DNA from: Geosiphon pyriformis uo1 | Lineage: Eukaryota; Fungi; Glomeromycota | Length of the DNA stretch: 64,000 bases | NCBI GenBank assembly: GCA_016748015.1 | Contig: JAAOMT010000046.1 | Coordinates: 644,697 to 708,696, forward strand | Reading direction: 5' to 3' | Shown here: positions 14,560 through 27,901 of the stretch, one piece after another | Layout of the letters: each line of letters begins with the position of its first letter | How positions within the stretch are numbered: the stretch's first letter is position 1 | Made by a program: the position numbers and the translations under genes | The notes under the pieces: generated by a model | What the model was told of the DNA's origin: nothing | Seen by the model: only the letters and a program-made list of their open reading frames with translations | The model's database searches: none

Positions 14560-17500
14560 CTATGAATCTATCAGAACAGAAATCATACCACCTATACCAG
14601 AAAAAAAACAGCAATGTTTACAAAAACCAAAGCAGACGCCAACTGCCTCAGCAATCCCAAGCAACCTAATCATCCCAGCAGAGAACATATATAACAGACC
14701 ATAGGTCACAGAATACACAGAACCATCAAGTGAAATTAAACTGCCTTTTTCCATCAAAGCCCTATATTTAGCTCTAACTACCCAAATATCTATGTGGTAA
14801 GCAGCACCCAATTCTCGAACAAAATTAACAATAAATCTTCCCGCAACCTTGACATCACCCAGTGTGGATAAAGCTTCTTGAACCCAATTTTTGAACACAA
14901 AATCTTTGCTCATGATAGTATATAACATGTTATCAGATGTGCACAGGAAGAGTACCTATGAGACACGAGATAAATGCAAGCCTAATCCAGAAACACAATG
15001 CCACTTGGCCAGATAAAACCTGAAAATGCTTTCATGGGCATTAGAGTCAAATATACAAACAAAGAAGTGGTCAGAACTTTCCACTTCACCACAGTGCAGA
15101 CATAAGACACTTGGATATACCTTATTATACAGACATTTTCTCACAGCAACTGGGAGATGGCAGTGGAGAGCCTTTAAGAAATAAGAGCACAAACTAGCTG
15201 TAGAGGTACTAGTAAAGCCAGTTGCCATATGGGAGTCAGAGTGTCACACCAAAGCAGTACAAAACCAGTTCATATCACCCAGTAAACTGTCATCAATAAC
15301 ATTAAAACCAAGACCAACCTTTCAATGAGCACAATTAATAGACTTGATAATCTTATAAGCAAAATGACAAATGTTTCCAGACACTGTTACCTTGTTAGCC
15401 ATAATAAATCTTTCCTTAACCAAAACAAGAAGTGCCAAAGAAGAGCTCACAGCCAAACTGGCTAACTCATCAACATGCTTATTACCCATAATACCCAAAT
15501 GTCCTTTCACTTTATGCCAAGAAACATCAAGCCACTTTTTCTTAATTAAATTGATAATACCATGCCGCTCCATCCAGCAGTGGTTTCGGAAATCTGGAGA
15601 CACCAGAGCAGATTCCGTTATACATGCATCCAAAGCAGCTTAACTGTCTGAGTAAACCACCACTAAACTGTCAGAGAGAACACACTCCAAAGCCAAAGCA
15701 ATTGCCTGCAGTTCCACCATAGTCAAAAAAACCAATCCACCAATCTTAGCACCTATACTCAGGTCCAAATCCAAAAAGTAAACAGTCGCGCCATATTTTA
15801 TTTTACTTAAACCTAAATCCTTCAACGATCCATCAGTGTAAACATTAACAACCCCCATATTTGCCGAAGAGAGACACTGGCCCAATCTGGAAGCCACACC
15901 CAAGCTGCAAATGTCCACATTCTGCAAACTCACAACACACAAATCAACAAAAATAGAAGATCAATCCAAAAAATCACAAACCAAAGTGAACCAACGAGGA
16001 ACAGAGTCCTTTGGATTAAGTCTCTTCCAATAATGAAAGTTTTTCCAATCAAAAATTAAACTCTTTTTGGTATATAACTGCTCAGCAAAGACAATCTCAA
16101 ACTTTTTGAGAGAAAAAAAACATTATAAAACAAGAAAGCATCTAAGACTGTAGATATTGGTGTCCCACTAGAAAAGTGGAATGCAGAAACAGTGAAATTG
16201 CCAAAAGACATGTCAAAGTCCAAAAAAATCTTAATAACACCTGCCAAAAAATTATTGACCAGACTGATACGCAATCTGATCAGATGACATAGGGAGTAAA
16301 TAGGCGACCAACCCAAAACCTAAAGATCCAGAGATCTATGATTGAACAAACGACCAAAAACACCATCAGCATTTGAGAAACACAACACAGAAGCCACCTT
16401 GTACTCAGTTTGCAACTGCTCAAAAGATTTCAAGCCATACAAAGAAGAATAGTGAAGGGCCTCATTGAGAAAGTCCCTTGAAAGACCAGCCTTAAGTCTC
16501 AACCCCCTTCTAATTAATGTATTCCACTTCAAACACACATTCCTAGAAATAAAACTGAACTGAGTTCTGTAACTGATAATAGGTTGCAATACAGCTGATA
16601 CCAGATAAAAAAATTGCTTGTCCGAGATAGCTTTCTTAAGAACCAAATTGACAAAAAACCTAACATCCGAATGCACCTTAGCCAAACTGAGTTTGGACAC
16701 ACCCTCAGACAATAAATAAATGCCAAGGTATTGATGAAACTCCTTTTTGCAAGCAATTGAAATTGGCAGACTACTATTTAATAATGATGCACTACTAACT
16801 CTCTAATTGATAGGAATGGCCACAGTTTTTTTGTTATTAATAAAAATGTCATTTACTTTGAAAAATTCACTTGCTATGTCAAAGATATACTGAGTGGCAG
16901 CCTGACTGCTACCCACCCAAATAGTATTATCTACAAATCCACCAGCAGCCAGAAACAAGATCAAACTGCTTTGGTTTTCTATTTTATCAGTCTTAGCAAC
17001 AAATTTAGTATCAATATGGTATCCACACAAACTTTCCTGACTCTTGACCTTACACAAAAGGGGGTTGTAAAAGATCCTCCACAGCAAAGAAGAGAAAACC
17101 TCACTCTAATCAAGACCATTATGTACCCAGTATCTATCAGTTAGACCAAAATCAGTCATAACCTGATTAACATGGTTATTGTAAATAGAGCCAAAAAATC
17201 TAATAAAATGCCCACACATTTTAATCTGAACCAAACTATTATGCAAGTGATACCAACCTACAGAGTCATAGACTTTACACATATTCTATAGCACAAGCCA
17301 AAGTTTACAATCTTTCTCCAAAGCATCTTTAACAACCGAACTAATAGCAAAAATAAGAGACTGAATAGTTGTGCCCTTAAGCACAAAAAAATTGTCCCCA
17401 CAAAGTACATTGAATAAACTGCATGCTGATGAAATCCTGTCAGACAGCAACTTAGAAAGAATTTTACGAGCAGTCTCAATTAAAGCAATTGGTCTAGTGT

Positions 17501-19241
17501 TTGTTAAGACACTCTTCCATTTATAGGGTTTGGGAATCATCAACACCCAAGCTTCCTTCCAACAATGGGGAATTAACTCACAAACCAAACAAATGTTCAG
17601 AAGATCCAGAAGCAAGTCTAGCACAGAACCATCACAATGTTTTCAAAGTTTATTTGAAATGCCAGACAAGCCAGCAGCTTTACCATCTGGCAAATTCTTA
17701 ATCACACACATTAAGTCATCCAAACTAATAGCATCCATCAGATCAGAAAAAGCATTATCATTGACATAATCCAAAAGCAGATATTGACGCTGTCACAAAT
17801 TAGGAACACTTTTTAGCATGGCTCTCTTCCTTGTCCAGCCCTCTATTATACCATTTATCTTGCTCTTAACTTCTACTGGGTCCAAAATCAAACTGTCATC
17901 AGAAACCAAATGATCTAACACCACTTTGTGGAATGGATGTTCCAAAACACTACAGATTGTGTGGTCTTTGTTGACCACAAAATTCTCCATTCTTCTCTCA
18001 ATAGCTAATCTAATGCCTGACTCCTCAGCTCTTAAAGACTCGGCAAGCTTGAAGGCATGATAAAACCTCTTTACACCACAAAAAGCAGAACGAACACAAT
18101 CCAAACTTGCACCAGAACTCACAAGATCCCAAACAACAGAAGCTTTGTTACTATCCAATGAAACCCAGGATCTTAACAGAGATTCAAATCTTCTAGATTT
18201 TGTTTTGCAAGAAGCCTTGACAATTTTTGAAACCAAAATTTCCAATTTATGCAACTTGAAAGACTCTTTGGTAAACATCTTATCATAACTCTTAAATCAT
18301 TTTTTCTTAAAAGTACCATTAGCTGAAAAAATCATCACTTTGCAAACAATATCTCACATAGCATCCAGATCAGAGAACTTTCTGGCTGTCTCAAACTCAT
18401 CCAAGAACATGGCAGTATTGGCCACAGTAGCATCCTTAAATTCACTCCATTTTGCTTCACTCGCACTTTTGATATCAAACTTCCAATGATCTTTATTTGC
18501 CTGCTTGTGTATTGAACTCAAATAGACATCAAGCAAACCACCCAAACCCACAGAAGCTGAAACTGCTTTGTGATCAGTATCAAAATAGTCTTCAACATTG
18601 GCCACACTATCATCTATCACAGCATTGACCAAACTTGAAGAAACGAGAATATAATTGAGAGCTCTAGTAACACCACAAGAATTGGACCACATAAGTGTTT
18701 TGACAAATAAACTTCCATGCAAAGAATCAACTAAACCCAAATCAAAGCACTTCTTAAGACTAGCATACTTTTGGGCCCTGTTTTCATTGAAATTGCCACC
18801 CAAAATAACAAAAGAAGACTCATTCACTGTCTTTGCAATAAGAGAGTTGATTTCACTAGCCTGAAAAAACTGAATCACTGACAAAGCACCAGCATAGAGT
18901 CCCAAAATTGACACTAAAAGATTATTCTTGAAAAGTAATTTGAGGGAGAGGAGTCAACCAGAAACTTTAGAAACTTTACACACATGTTTCACCAAAGAGT
19001 TGTCTATGATGATTGCAACACCAAAATCCAAATGACCAGAGTCCAAACCAAAAGTGAAAACCCAGACACCATCAAATTTATTCATGATCCATAGGCAGAT
19101 TTTGCCCCTCAACTTAGTCTCAGTAACAATAGAAATCAAATTGTTCATTTCTTTATGTCAACAAATAACATTATCTTGTTTCACAAGATTATTCATACCT
19201 CTAACATTGCACATGGCAATCTTCCAAACTAGACTGGTCAT
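14560..19241 (-). pseudogene. LINE-1 ORF2: APE endonuclease, RT, RNase H, C-terminal CCHC finger; many premature stops
   Basis: WKIAMCNVRG, ETKL, GNFNE, DTDH (APE); LTNTRPIALIETARKILSK, LWRIFYNPLL, GFVDNT (RT); VYTDGSL, ELQAIALALEC, WHKVKGH (RNase H); CLHCGEVESSDHFFVC. Confidence 0.93.
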
Positions 19242-21011
19242 TGAGAAAGAGGTTTGGATAATGCACTGCCAGCCAAAATTGAACCATCAAACCTTGCTGT
19301 AAGACTTAGAACCAAAGCAAAAAGTCCTTCCAATATGTTTTCCAATCTTTTTACTTCAGGAGAAGCAAAAGAGTCCAAAGTTGTAGCAGTTTCACCACTA
19401 GTGGCTTCACCCAAAACCTTTTCCATTACTACATCACCCACCTGATTCTGTGATGGGGGGGTTACTGACAGCTGACATCCAGGGCTAGGCTGAGAAACTG
19501 CCAGCATGAATAAGTCTAACCTCTTAGCCAACTTACCAATTTGTTCCATGAGGCTGGCAAGACTGCTTTCCAAAACAGCAAACCTCTTTTCAATATTACT
19601 TGTATCAGGAAGAATAGGCTTCATCTCTGAGGAGAAGCCAGAATTGATTAACACTTCATGCATAAAGAGAGGAAAAAAAACATTTCCACCAGCTATTTTA
19701 ATCCAAAAAACTCCACCAAAAGCAACAGGACAAGCAATTGAAACTGAATACTTGGCATAGATAGTTGCCAATCTGCTTTTATCTATGTCTGACAAAGGTC
19801 TGTGAGAACATTTTCCAGAGGAGGGATTCCCACCCACAGCACAGCCCAAAGATATATGATCCAATTTCCTACACTCAGCGTATTTAGAAAAACCCAAAAG
19901 AGACCAATATATATTCACACCCCTTAAAACTGGAGTAGTTCCCATGACAGCATTCAAGGAATCAGCTGATTCAAAACAAACAACAGCACATCTGGCTTGA
20001 GCATATGTAACAAGATGACAATCTATTGCACATGTTTTTCTATTCACAGAGCTAATATAATCCCAGATGTCATAAGCAGTCGTACCTATTGACAGAGTAT
20101 AGAGCAATGTCCTATGTTGATTTCTCAAGTTCCATGATTTTTTGTTGTGATTAGCCCTGGCCACACGCACAGCATTCTTCCCAATCAGAATAGACCAACA
20201 AGCTGTGATTAAATTAGTCTATTTATTCTTATTAAATTCAATTATAGTCTTTTGCCACAAACCTACCAACTGTATCTTGATTGACACCACCACACCAAAA
20301 TCAGATAACACAGCACACACAGCCTCAGTTGATGTTTCAACAAGAATTTTTTTTAATACTACAGCCCGATCTGAACACCTAGATGATTTTTTAAGATCAG
20401 AGTTTACCAAGATCTTCACTTCTTCAGCTTTTTTAGAAGCCTGCACCAAATTCAATTCAGACGTAAATGTTACTCTGACAATTCCAGCAAATTTTGAAGG
20501 GGTAGAGGCCCCCCCAAAACCATTGATTTTCGAAAATAATTTTCTAACAACCACAAGCTTTTCCTGAGCAGATTTTCCAACAACATTGCCCAAGCTGATG
20601 TTCAAGACGAAAAACTTCCTGACAGAAACATTGACCAAGCTTTTTAAAGAGGGAAAGAGAACCACAGGTTTGTCCAAGAGTATATCATCAACATTATCAC
20701 CCAAGAAGTCAATTTTTTTTAGTGGCCCTCTTGGTAAGAATCTTCAAACTTTTAGACATCTGCTCCAAGTCCTTTCCAGTGAAAGCATCACCATTTTCAT
20801 GATCAAAGCTGGTTTCTTCAACCAAACATTCTTCCTCCATGTCTACACTATCAGATTCAGTAGTATTACCAGTTTTAAAACCCCAAGAATGACCACTTGA
20901 TAATTTAGCAGCAACAAATTTCCTATTACCAATATTATCCTCCAAAATACCACCTCTCTTCTTCTTTCTGGACTCAGCAGACTTGACACCAATGTTGAAG
21001 CTGGGCTCCAT
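19238..21011 (-). pseudogene. LINE-1 ORF1 (RRM-like region, degenerate CCHC knuckle, coiled coil)
   Basis: ORF fragments 21011-20709, 20704-20219 and 20170-19238; knuckle (C>Y)AECRKLDHISLGC; homologous to 39762-38012 and 55607-56500. Confidence 0.85.
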
Positions 21012-22199
21012 AATTGACTTGTTTAGAACTGCAATATTAGGGCCAATAGTGGCCTTATAATCAAGTATAAATGGTTTAAAAATAGTAAACTGAATGATGA
21101 AAAACAGAAAAAACTTCTTTCAAAAAATATTATGGCTCTTTTTTTGGGAATTTGGAATGAACAAAAGAAAGATATAATATTAAATGGCTAATATATGTAA
21201 TAACTAATAAAAATTATGAGTTTTAACTATAACAATATTAATTTTTGGCCAATTTTTACTATTTTTATGTATTTAGTATTAACTATTTTTTTTTATAATA
21301 ATTTTTTTGCCAAGTTAGATTTGAATATTAATTAAATCATAATAGTTGCTAAAATTTTTAATACTAATTTTAAATTTATATTAATAAATAAGCAGAGTTT
21401 TAAAATTATAAAGACTTATTTTGAATATTTAAAGTTAAATTTAATATATATTTTATGTACTTTTTTAAATATAATGTTTTTATTATTTTCATTGAATTAT
21501 TTAAGTTTTTGTTTCTTTGCTAAGTTAAAAAGCATAATATTATTATGAATTAAAGTAATAAGCTAATAGATAATAAAAAAGAACAAAATTGTAGAATATT
21601 AAATTAATCAAAAAGAATTTAACTTTAAAGAATGAATTGAATAAGTATAAATTCAATATACAAAATTAATCTTATAAAATATTTCAGTTGCTAATTTTTC
21701 CAAAAAGTAACTAAAGAAATTAAAAATAGAGAAATAATTTATACTATTAACAAATAATAATATATTAGTATAATTCTATGTTTTATATTAGCACTCTTAA
21801 AATTTGATATTAACAAAAAAACCATAAAAACAAAATAAAAGCAATAAAATTACCAATTAATTTAAAAACAAAATTAAAAAAAAAAGATAAAACCATTTTA
21901 TAATTTACAACCAAATAATTTAAATTCTAATATTTATAACAATAATAGCATTTAAAAAATTTTTATTAGATACAACTTTTATGTAAAGTATTAATTTTTA
22001 AAATAACAAGATTTAAAATTTTCAAAAACTTAAAAGTTACAATAATAAAATATTAACAATAATAAAAATTGAAAAATAAAAAATAAAAAATAAAATAAAT
22101 ATAATTAAAAACTTTAAAAATTAAATTACTAATTTTAAAAACAATACAATTAAAAAAATTAACTAATTTGGCTTTAAAAATATTTTTTAAAATAATTTT

Positions 22200-23327
22200 T
22201 TTTTGGTTAAATAAAAAAAATTTAATCTTATCTTTTTTAATTAATACAAACTAATTGGGTAAAACTTAAAAGTCATTCAGGTATTCTGAGTAATATTTAA
22301 GCTGATATAATGGTTGATCAAACTGCTTACTTTTTTTTTTTGCTAATTAAAATTCAAGAATATTTTATAATAACTAAAGATATAGCTATATCTAGTAATA
22401 CTTGTTATTTTGTTTGTAATTTGTACAGGTTTATTTGTTGTGTTTAATAAAAGACCAGCTCTGATTATAATGTAATTCTGAGTGTGCTAATTAGATAAGT
22501 AGATTGGCCAGCTACTATAAAGATTTGACATCCTAACTCACACATGTTTTTTAAATTTACTAGTAAAAAGTCTGTAAATATATATATGCACTTAATAAAA
22601 GCTGTGCACAAACAACTATTAATAACAGTTAAAAAGAGATTGTATAATAAACTGTATTTTGGTGTATTGTGTTTGCTGTGTGATAAGATAAAATTATCTG
22701 ATTATATTTTTGTTTATGCTAAAAATAATGATATTTAAAAAAATATTTTGGCAAAAACTTTTGAAAAATAAGTGCCTACTGCTTATTTTTTTCTGCTGTT
22801 CTGTAAATGTTTTCTCAATATTTATTAAACATAAGTTTATATATGGCAATTTGCAAAAAATTTGTATTAAAAAACTAATATGTCAAAGCTATTATAGTTT
22901 TTAATAAAAGAGTAAGAATGACTTCTGCTTTTATTAAATATGTAATATATTTAGTAAAATTGCATCAAATTAAGATATAATTCATAAAATTAAAACATAG
23001 AGTGAACTTAAAGAAAGCTGGATTGGTCAAAAATAATAGCATAATTTTAGGTTTGCCTTGTTATATGGTATTAATATTATCAAATAAAGTAGTTTAGTTG
23101 TTTAGTATAATAGAGTTTTTTACAGTTAGTTTTGGTAAATATAAACAGTATTTTTTCTTTTCTGGTTTAAGTGAAAATGTATATATTAATATAGACATTT
23201 AGTATTTGTTTTGTCTGGTCTGAGTGGTTAATTATATGTAGTAAAAGCATGAACTGCATTTAGTTAGAACCATTTAGTTTGGTTTTTTGTATTAAATAGC
23301 AATTAGATTTTACTTATTAAACATTTA
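22200..23327 (+). mobile_element. LINE-3: 5'-truncated, strongly mutated LINE 3' fragment (end of RNase H, CCHC, 3' UTR); its A-tail resumes at ~39941
   Basis: WVKLKSHSGILSN..AD; HLIKAVHKQLLITVKKRLYNKLYFGVLCLLCDKIKLSDYIFVY; 3' UTR homologous to LINE-1 and LINE-2. Confidence 0.85.
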
Positions 23328-26300
23328 TTTTTTTTATTATGTATTTAATGAGCAAAGCCCAACTGCTATCTAGTACATAGAACCAAACTAAGTGGCCCAA
23401 ACTAAACACAATTTATGCATTTTCTACATGTGACTAGCCACTTAGGCCAGACAAAGCAACACTATACACCTATATTAACATGGAAACTACCATCCAGACC
23501 AAAAAAAAAAACATGATCTGCGATAACTAAAGCTAACAGTAAAAGATTCTAACACACCAAGAAATCTGATCATACCATCCAATAACCCAGAATTTGCACA
23601 ACATAAAAGACTCAACAACACACCACTATTACCAACCAAACCACCCTTTTTCATACATACCCTAAACTCAGATCTCATCAACCACACTTTAGAACAATAT
23701 AGCTTGACCAATCTCCTCACCAAATCAACAACAAAGTTAACAGCCCTCTCTTTTTCATCAAAGATTTCAATAGCTTCCTCACACCACTTTTTTAACACAA
23801 AACTCTTGCATATTACCAAATACAAGCCAACATTCAATTGACAAAGATCAAGCATCTGAAAAACAGCAGAAGAAAATGAACAATGAGCACCAATTAAAGA
23901 AGCCCAGAAAGCAGAAGCCTTAAACAAAACCTCTCTTCAAATGTTAACATCCTGAGCACAAGTAAAGACATAATCTGGCAATTCTATCTCACCACACAAC
24001 AAACAAAACACACTAGAATACTTCTTATTATAAAGCCTCTTACAAACAGCAAAAAACAGTCTATAATACACAGCTTTTATTATATATGTGTACAAAGTGG
24101 CTGATTTCTGACTAGTAGACCTTGCAAGCATATGTGAATTGGAGTGTTATATCCTTGAGATGATGACCCAATCCACATTGCTAACCAACACCCTTGAAAT
24201 CATGTTGCAACCAGAACTTGCTTCCCAATAAGCCTAACAAACAGATCTGAACACATCCCAAACAAAGTGATGAGTATTGCCAGATACAGCCATGCTTTCA
24301 GTCATCAAAAAATATTCCTGCACACCTATGGATAAAAAACAGAAGAGTCTGCTGCTTCACCTACCAAAGTATTAGCCTTCATATTACCAACAACTCCAGA
24401 ATGACTTTTAACCTTAATTCAATGCACAGTAAGATCTTTATCCCAGACCAAATTGAAAATATGTCTTTTTTCCATCCAGTAATGATTATAAAAGTCAGAA
24501 GAAGCAAGTAACATCTCAGACACACATGTATCAATAGCAGCTTGACTGTCAAGATACAAATCTACACTACAAAAGGATAGAACACACTTCAAAGCCAAGG
24601 CAATTACTTGTAATTCAGCCATAGTAGAAAAAAGAAGGCCCCAAACTTCCACACCAACACCCATGTCCAGAACCAAAAAATATGCAGCTGCTCTACTCAT
24701 GACATTAGCAGAACCAGCATTCTTTAAAGAACTATCTGTATAGACCTTAAAAACACCAGACCAAACTTCATGCAAGCCATCTTGAATATTCAAAAACTCC
24801 TTGGAATCCAAAATGCTCAAGCCAGGCAAAGAAAAAAAAAACCATAGAAACAGATTCTAAGGAACTCTTATTATTCAAAAATTTAGAAGTGAGCACAAAT
24901 CAATAAGACACAGGACCTCTAGGATCTAGTCTTTTCCAGTGGCAAAAAGTTTTTCAGTCTATCATCTTCCCTTTCTTATTATACAGTCAGTCACCAAAGG
25001 CAACCCCAAAACACTTTAAAGAATGAACAAAATCAAAAAACAAAGACTTTCTCAAGACCAAGAACATCAAAAAGACACCAGGATCACAGAAAGCACTAGG
25101 TAACATGTTTGCCAAAGATAGCTTATTGTTCAAAAAAATCCTAATCACATTAGTTAAGAAATTGTTTACTGGGCTAACATGCAATCTAACAAGAAACCAT
25201 AAAGGATCCAAAGAAGCCCAATCCAAGACCTGCAAATCTAAGAACCAGTAACAAAACAAATGACCAAAAATACTATGAGCATTAGAAAATGAGATCACAG
25301 CAGCCAATTTACCCTTAGCTTGAATTTGTTCAAATAACTTTAAACCATATAAAGATGGATGATGCAAAGTCTCACTAGGGAAATTATGCAGCAAACACAC
25401 TTTAGATTTGAGACTCTTCCTAATCATAACATTTTATCTGTGACAAACATTCAATGAAACAAAACTAAACTGAGTTTGGTATCTAACTATAGACTGTAAG
25501 ACAGCCAAAACCAAGTATGAGAACTGTTTATCCATAACAGTTTTCTTGAGCAAAACATTAATGAAGAAACAAACATCAGAATAAGCTCTGATAACACTAA
25601 ACTTGGACAACTCTTCCATAGACAAAAAGATTCCCAAGTAACAATGTGTCTCACTTTTCTTGGCTATTGAAATTGGCTGTCCACAAATACTCAAAGAAGC
25701 TACTTTAACACCTTGATTGATGAGAATAGCTACTGTTTTTTCACTGTTAATAGAGATATTATTAATTACAAAAAACTTACTGGCAATGTTCAAAGCATAC
25801 TGAATAGAAGCCTGACAGTTCCCAATCCAAATAGTATTATCAACAAATGCACCAGCTGAAAAATAGGATGTTATCTTACTACCACTCTCAATTCTACTTG
25901 TCTTTAAAACAAATTTGGTATCAATCCTGTACTCACACAATTGCTTATGACATTTAACCTTACACAAGAGTAGATCATAAAAGATCCTCCACAAAAAGAA
26001 TGAAAAGACCTTGCCTTAATCCAATCTATCATGTACTCTGTAGCTATTCAACAGACCAAAATCAGTCATTATCCTGTTAATTCTATCCACATGTATATTT
26101 CCAAAGAACCTAATAAATCTGTTACACATCTTTATATGCTGCAAGCTAGCTTTTAGGTGATGTCATCCAACAGAATTATATGCTTTTTGTATGTCCTGTA
26201 AAACCAACCAGATTTTTCTATTCTTCTCAAGAGCATTTTCAATCACTGATTTGACAGCAAACACCAGAGACTGTATGGATGTACCCTTTAACACCAAAAA

Positions 26301-26930
26301 GTTATCACCCCAGAGAACATTGAACTTACTGCATGCCAATAAGATATGATCAGACAAAACTTTAGACAGAATCTTCTTAGCAGTCTCAATTAGTGCTATT
26401 AGTTAAGTGTTTATAAGAATGCCGTCCCAGTCATATAGCTTAGGAATCATCAATACCTATGCTCTCTTCCACAAAGTGGGCACTCCACCAACAGTCAAAC
26501 ATGTATTTAACAGCACCAATAAACACTCTAATACTTCTTCACTACTATGTTTCTATAATTTATTGGGAATGCCCGACAGGCCAGCTGTCTTGCCATCAAA
26601 CAGACTAACAATAACCAAGACCAATTCACTTATGCTAATTGTACACATTACACCAGAGAAGGCATCATCTCTAACATAGTCCAGTGATGCATATTGGTAA
26701 GTCCACAGATTAGGCAGCACCAGAAACACTGCATGTTTTCTCATCCAATCCTCTATGATCTTATCTACACCTAATTTCACTTTTTCTGGTTCTAAAACCA
26801 ACTCATCATTTATCACCAAGTGGTCCAACACCATCTTGTGAAATGGACAATCCAAAACACTCCTAATTATGCTACCTTTGTCCAGACAAAACTTTTCCAT
26901 GTATTGCTCGATTATATTCCTGATAGATGT

Positions 26931-27901
26931 TGTTATCAAAGGTTTTTGGTCTCTTCTTAGCTTTTGTATGTTTGTTGTAATGCTGTCAATTCATAACTAT
27001 GGGAAGTGTTTGAACCTCCGATAACTGAATTTTTATTTTCAAATTATCTCCTATAATTTGAACTGCTGGACTTATAAGTAGAATAACCAATTTTGTGCCA
27101 GTTACTTGTGTAGTTATATTGTAGTAGATGTCAACTCTTTCCCAAAAATTGCTTGTCTGGAAGCTCACTAAAAATATGTAGTTACTTTGCTGTGAAAGTC
27201 AACTCTTCTACAGGAATCTTGTCTATAGGCTACCCTAATGATGACAATAAGAAAATAAAAGAAAAGTAAAAGAAAAGTAAAGAAATTGAATTTTGTTGAG
27301 GGAAATGTTTTCTATCCAGGCCTGGAGTCACTAACAGTTTTACTGAAATTGGTAGCTAATCAATTTCAAAACGTTAGTTGGGTTTTGGGAATTTTCCAAG
27401 TGCAATAATTAAAAAATTTGGTTTTTCAAATTATTTGATATTTATTTCTTTTTGTGTGTATAGAAATGGTTTTAAGTAATAAATCTAAGGTAAGATATAT
27501 TTTCTCAAAGAGAGAAGCTTTTCTTTTATACAACTTGTTGTAACACTATTCTATGAACTTAAACTTTGCTATTTTCTATAATTTTGCTGAACTAAAGTTA
27601 TATTTTGGTAAACTACAAGTTATTTTTGCAAACTATTAGATATTTTGATGAACTATCAATTATTTTGGCAAATTTCTACAAATTTTGGCAAATTTTTTGA
27701 ATGTTACATAGTTCAGGGTATTGCATGATTGATCATCACAATTAGGTTATATTTGTGTTATGTACAAATTGGGTTATTAATTAAATGATAATTTTGGATA
27801 TTTTACTAATATAATAAGTGATAATTTGAAATGCTAATTAATGATAAGAATTATAAAGATAATTTCATGCTAAGCAATATCTCTAATTTTGTCTGGTAAC
27901 A
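26931..27901 (-). repeat. Gypsy-1 3' LTR (971 bp)
   Basis: Direct repeat of 35820-36790, about 95% identical by manual alignment. Confidence 0.97.

Larger units (their letters stand above)
14415..21172 (-). mobile_element. LINE-1: full-length non-LTR retrotransposon (ORF1 + ORF2), inactivated
   Basis: Poly(A) tail appears as a T-run ~14415-14434, followed by a conserved 3' UTR, ORF2, ORF1 and a 5' UTR shared with the other LINE copies. Confidence 0.93.
10513..21550 (-). mobile_element. Gypsy-0: heavily hypermutated Ty3/Gypsy relic (3' LTR ~10513-11290, IN, RH, RT, dUTPase), split by LINE-1
   Basis: RT remnant at 13127-13405 (YLNN for YLDD; LQQVFKRLR..KLKLNTNKCFFRKTELKFLEHIV). dUTPase C-half ~14270-14400 and N-half ~21270-21500 (KLK*FNENNKNII..KVH..FNFKY..NLKLVLKILATIM..KSNLAKK). 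LTR similar to 56504-57270 (taatctgaa(a/g)gtttt and neighbouring motifs). Boundaries approximate. Confidence 0.75.

Noticed and set aside
14515-14560. Hammerhead ribozyme in the LINE-1 3' UTR (CTGATCAG...GAAA)
   Set aside because: The core is not CUGANGA and is not conserved in LINE-2 or LINE-3.
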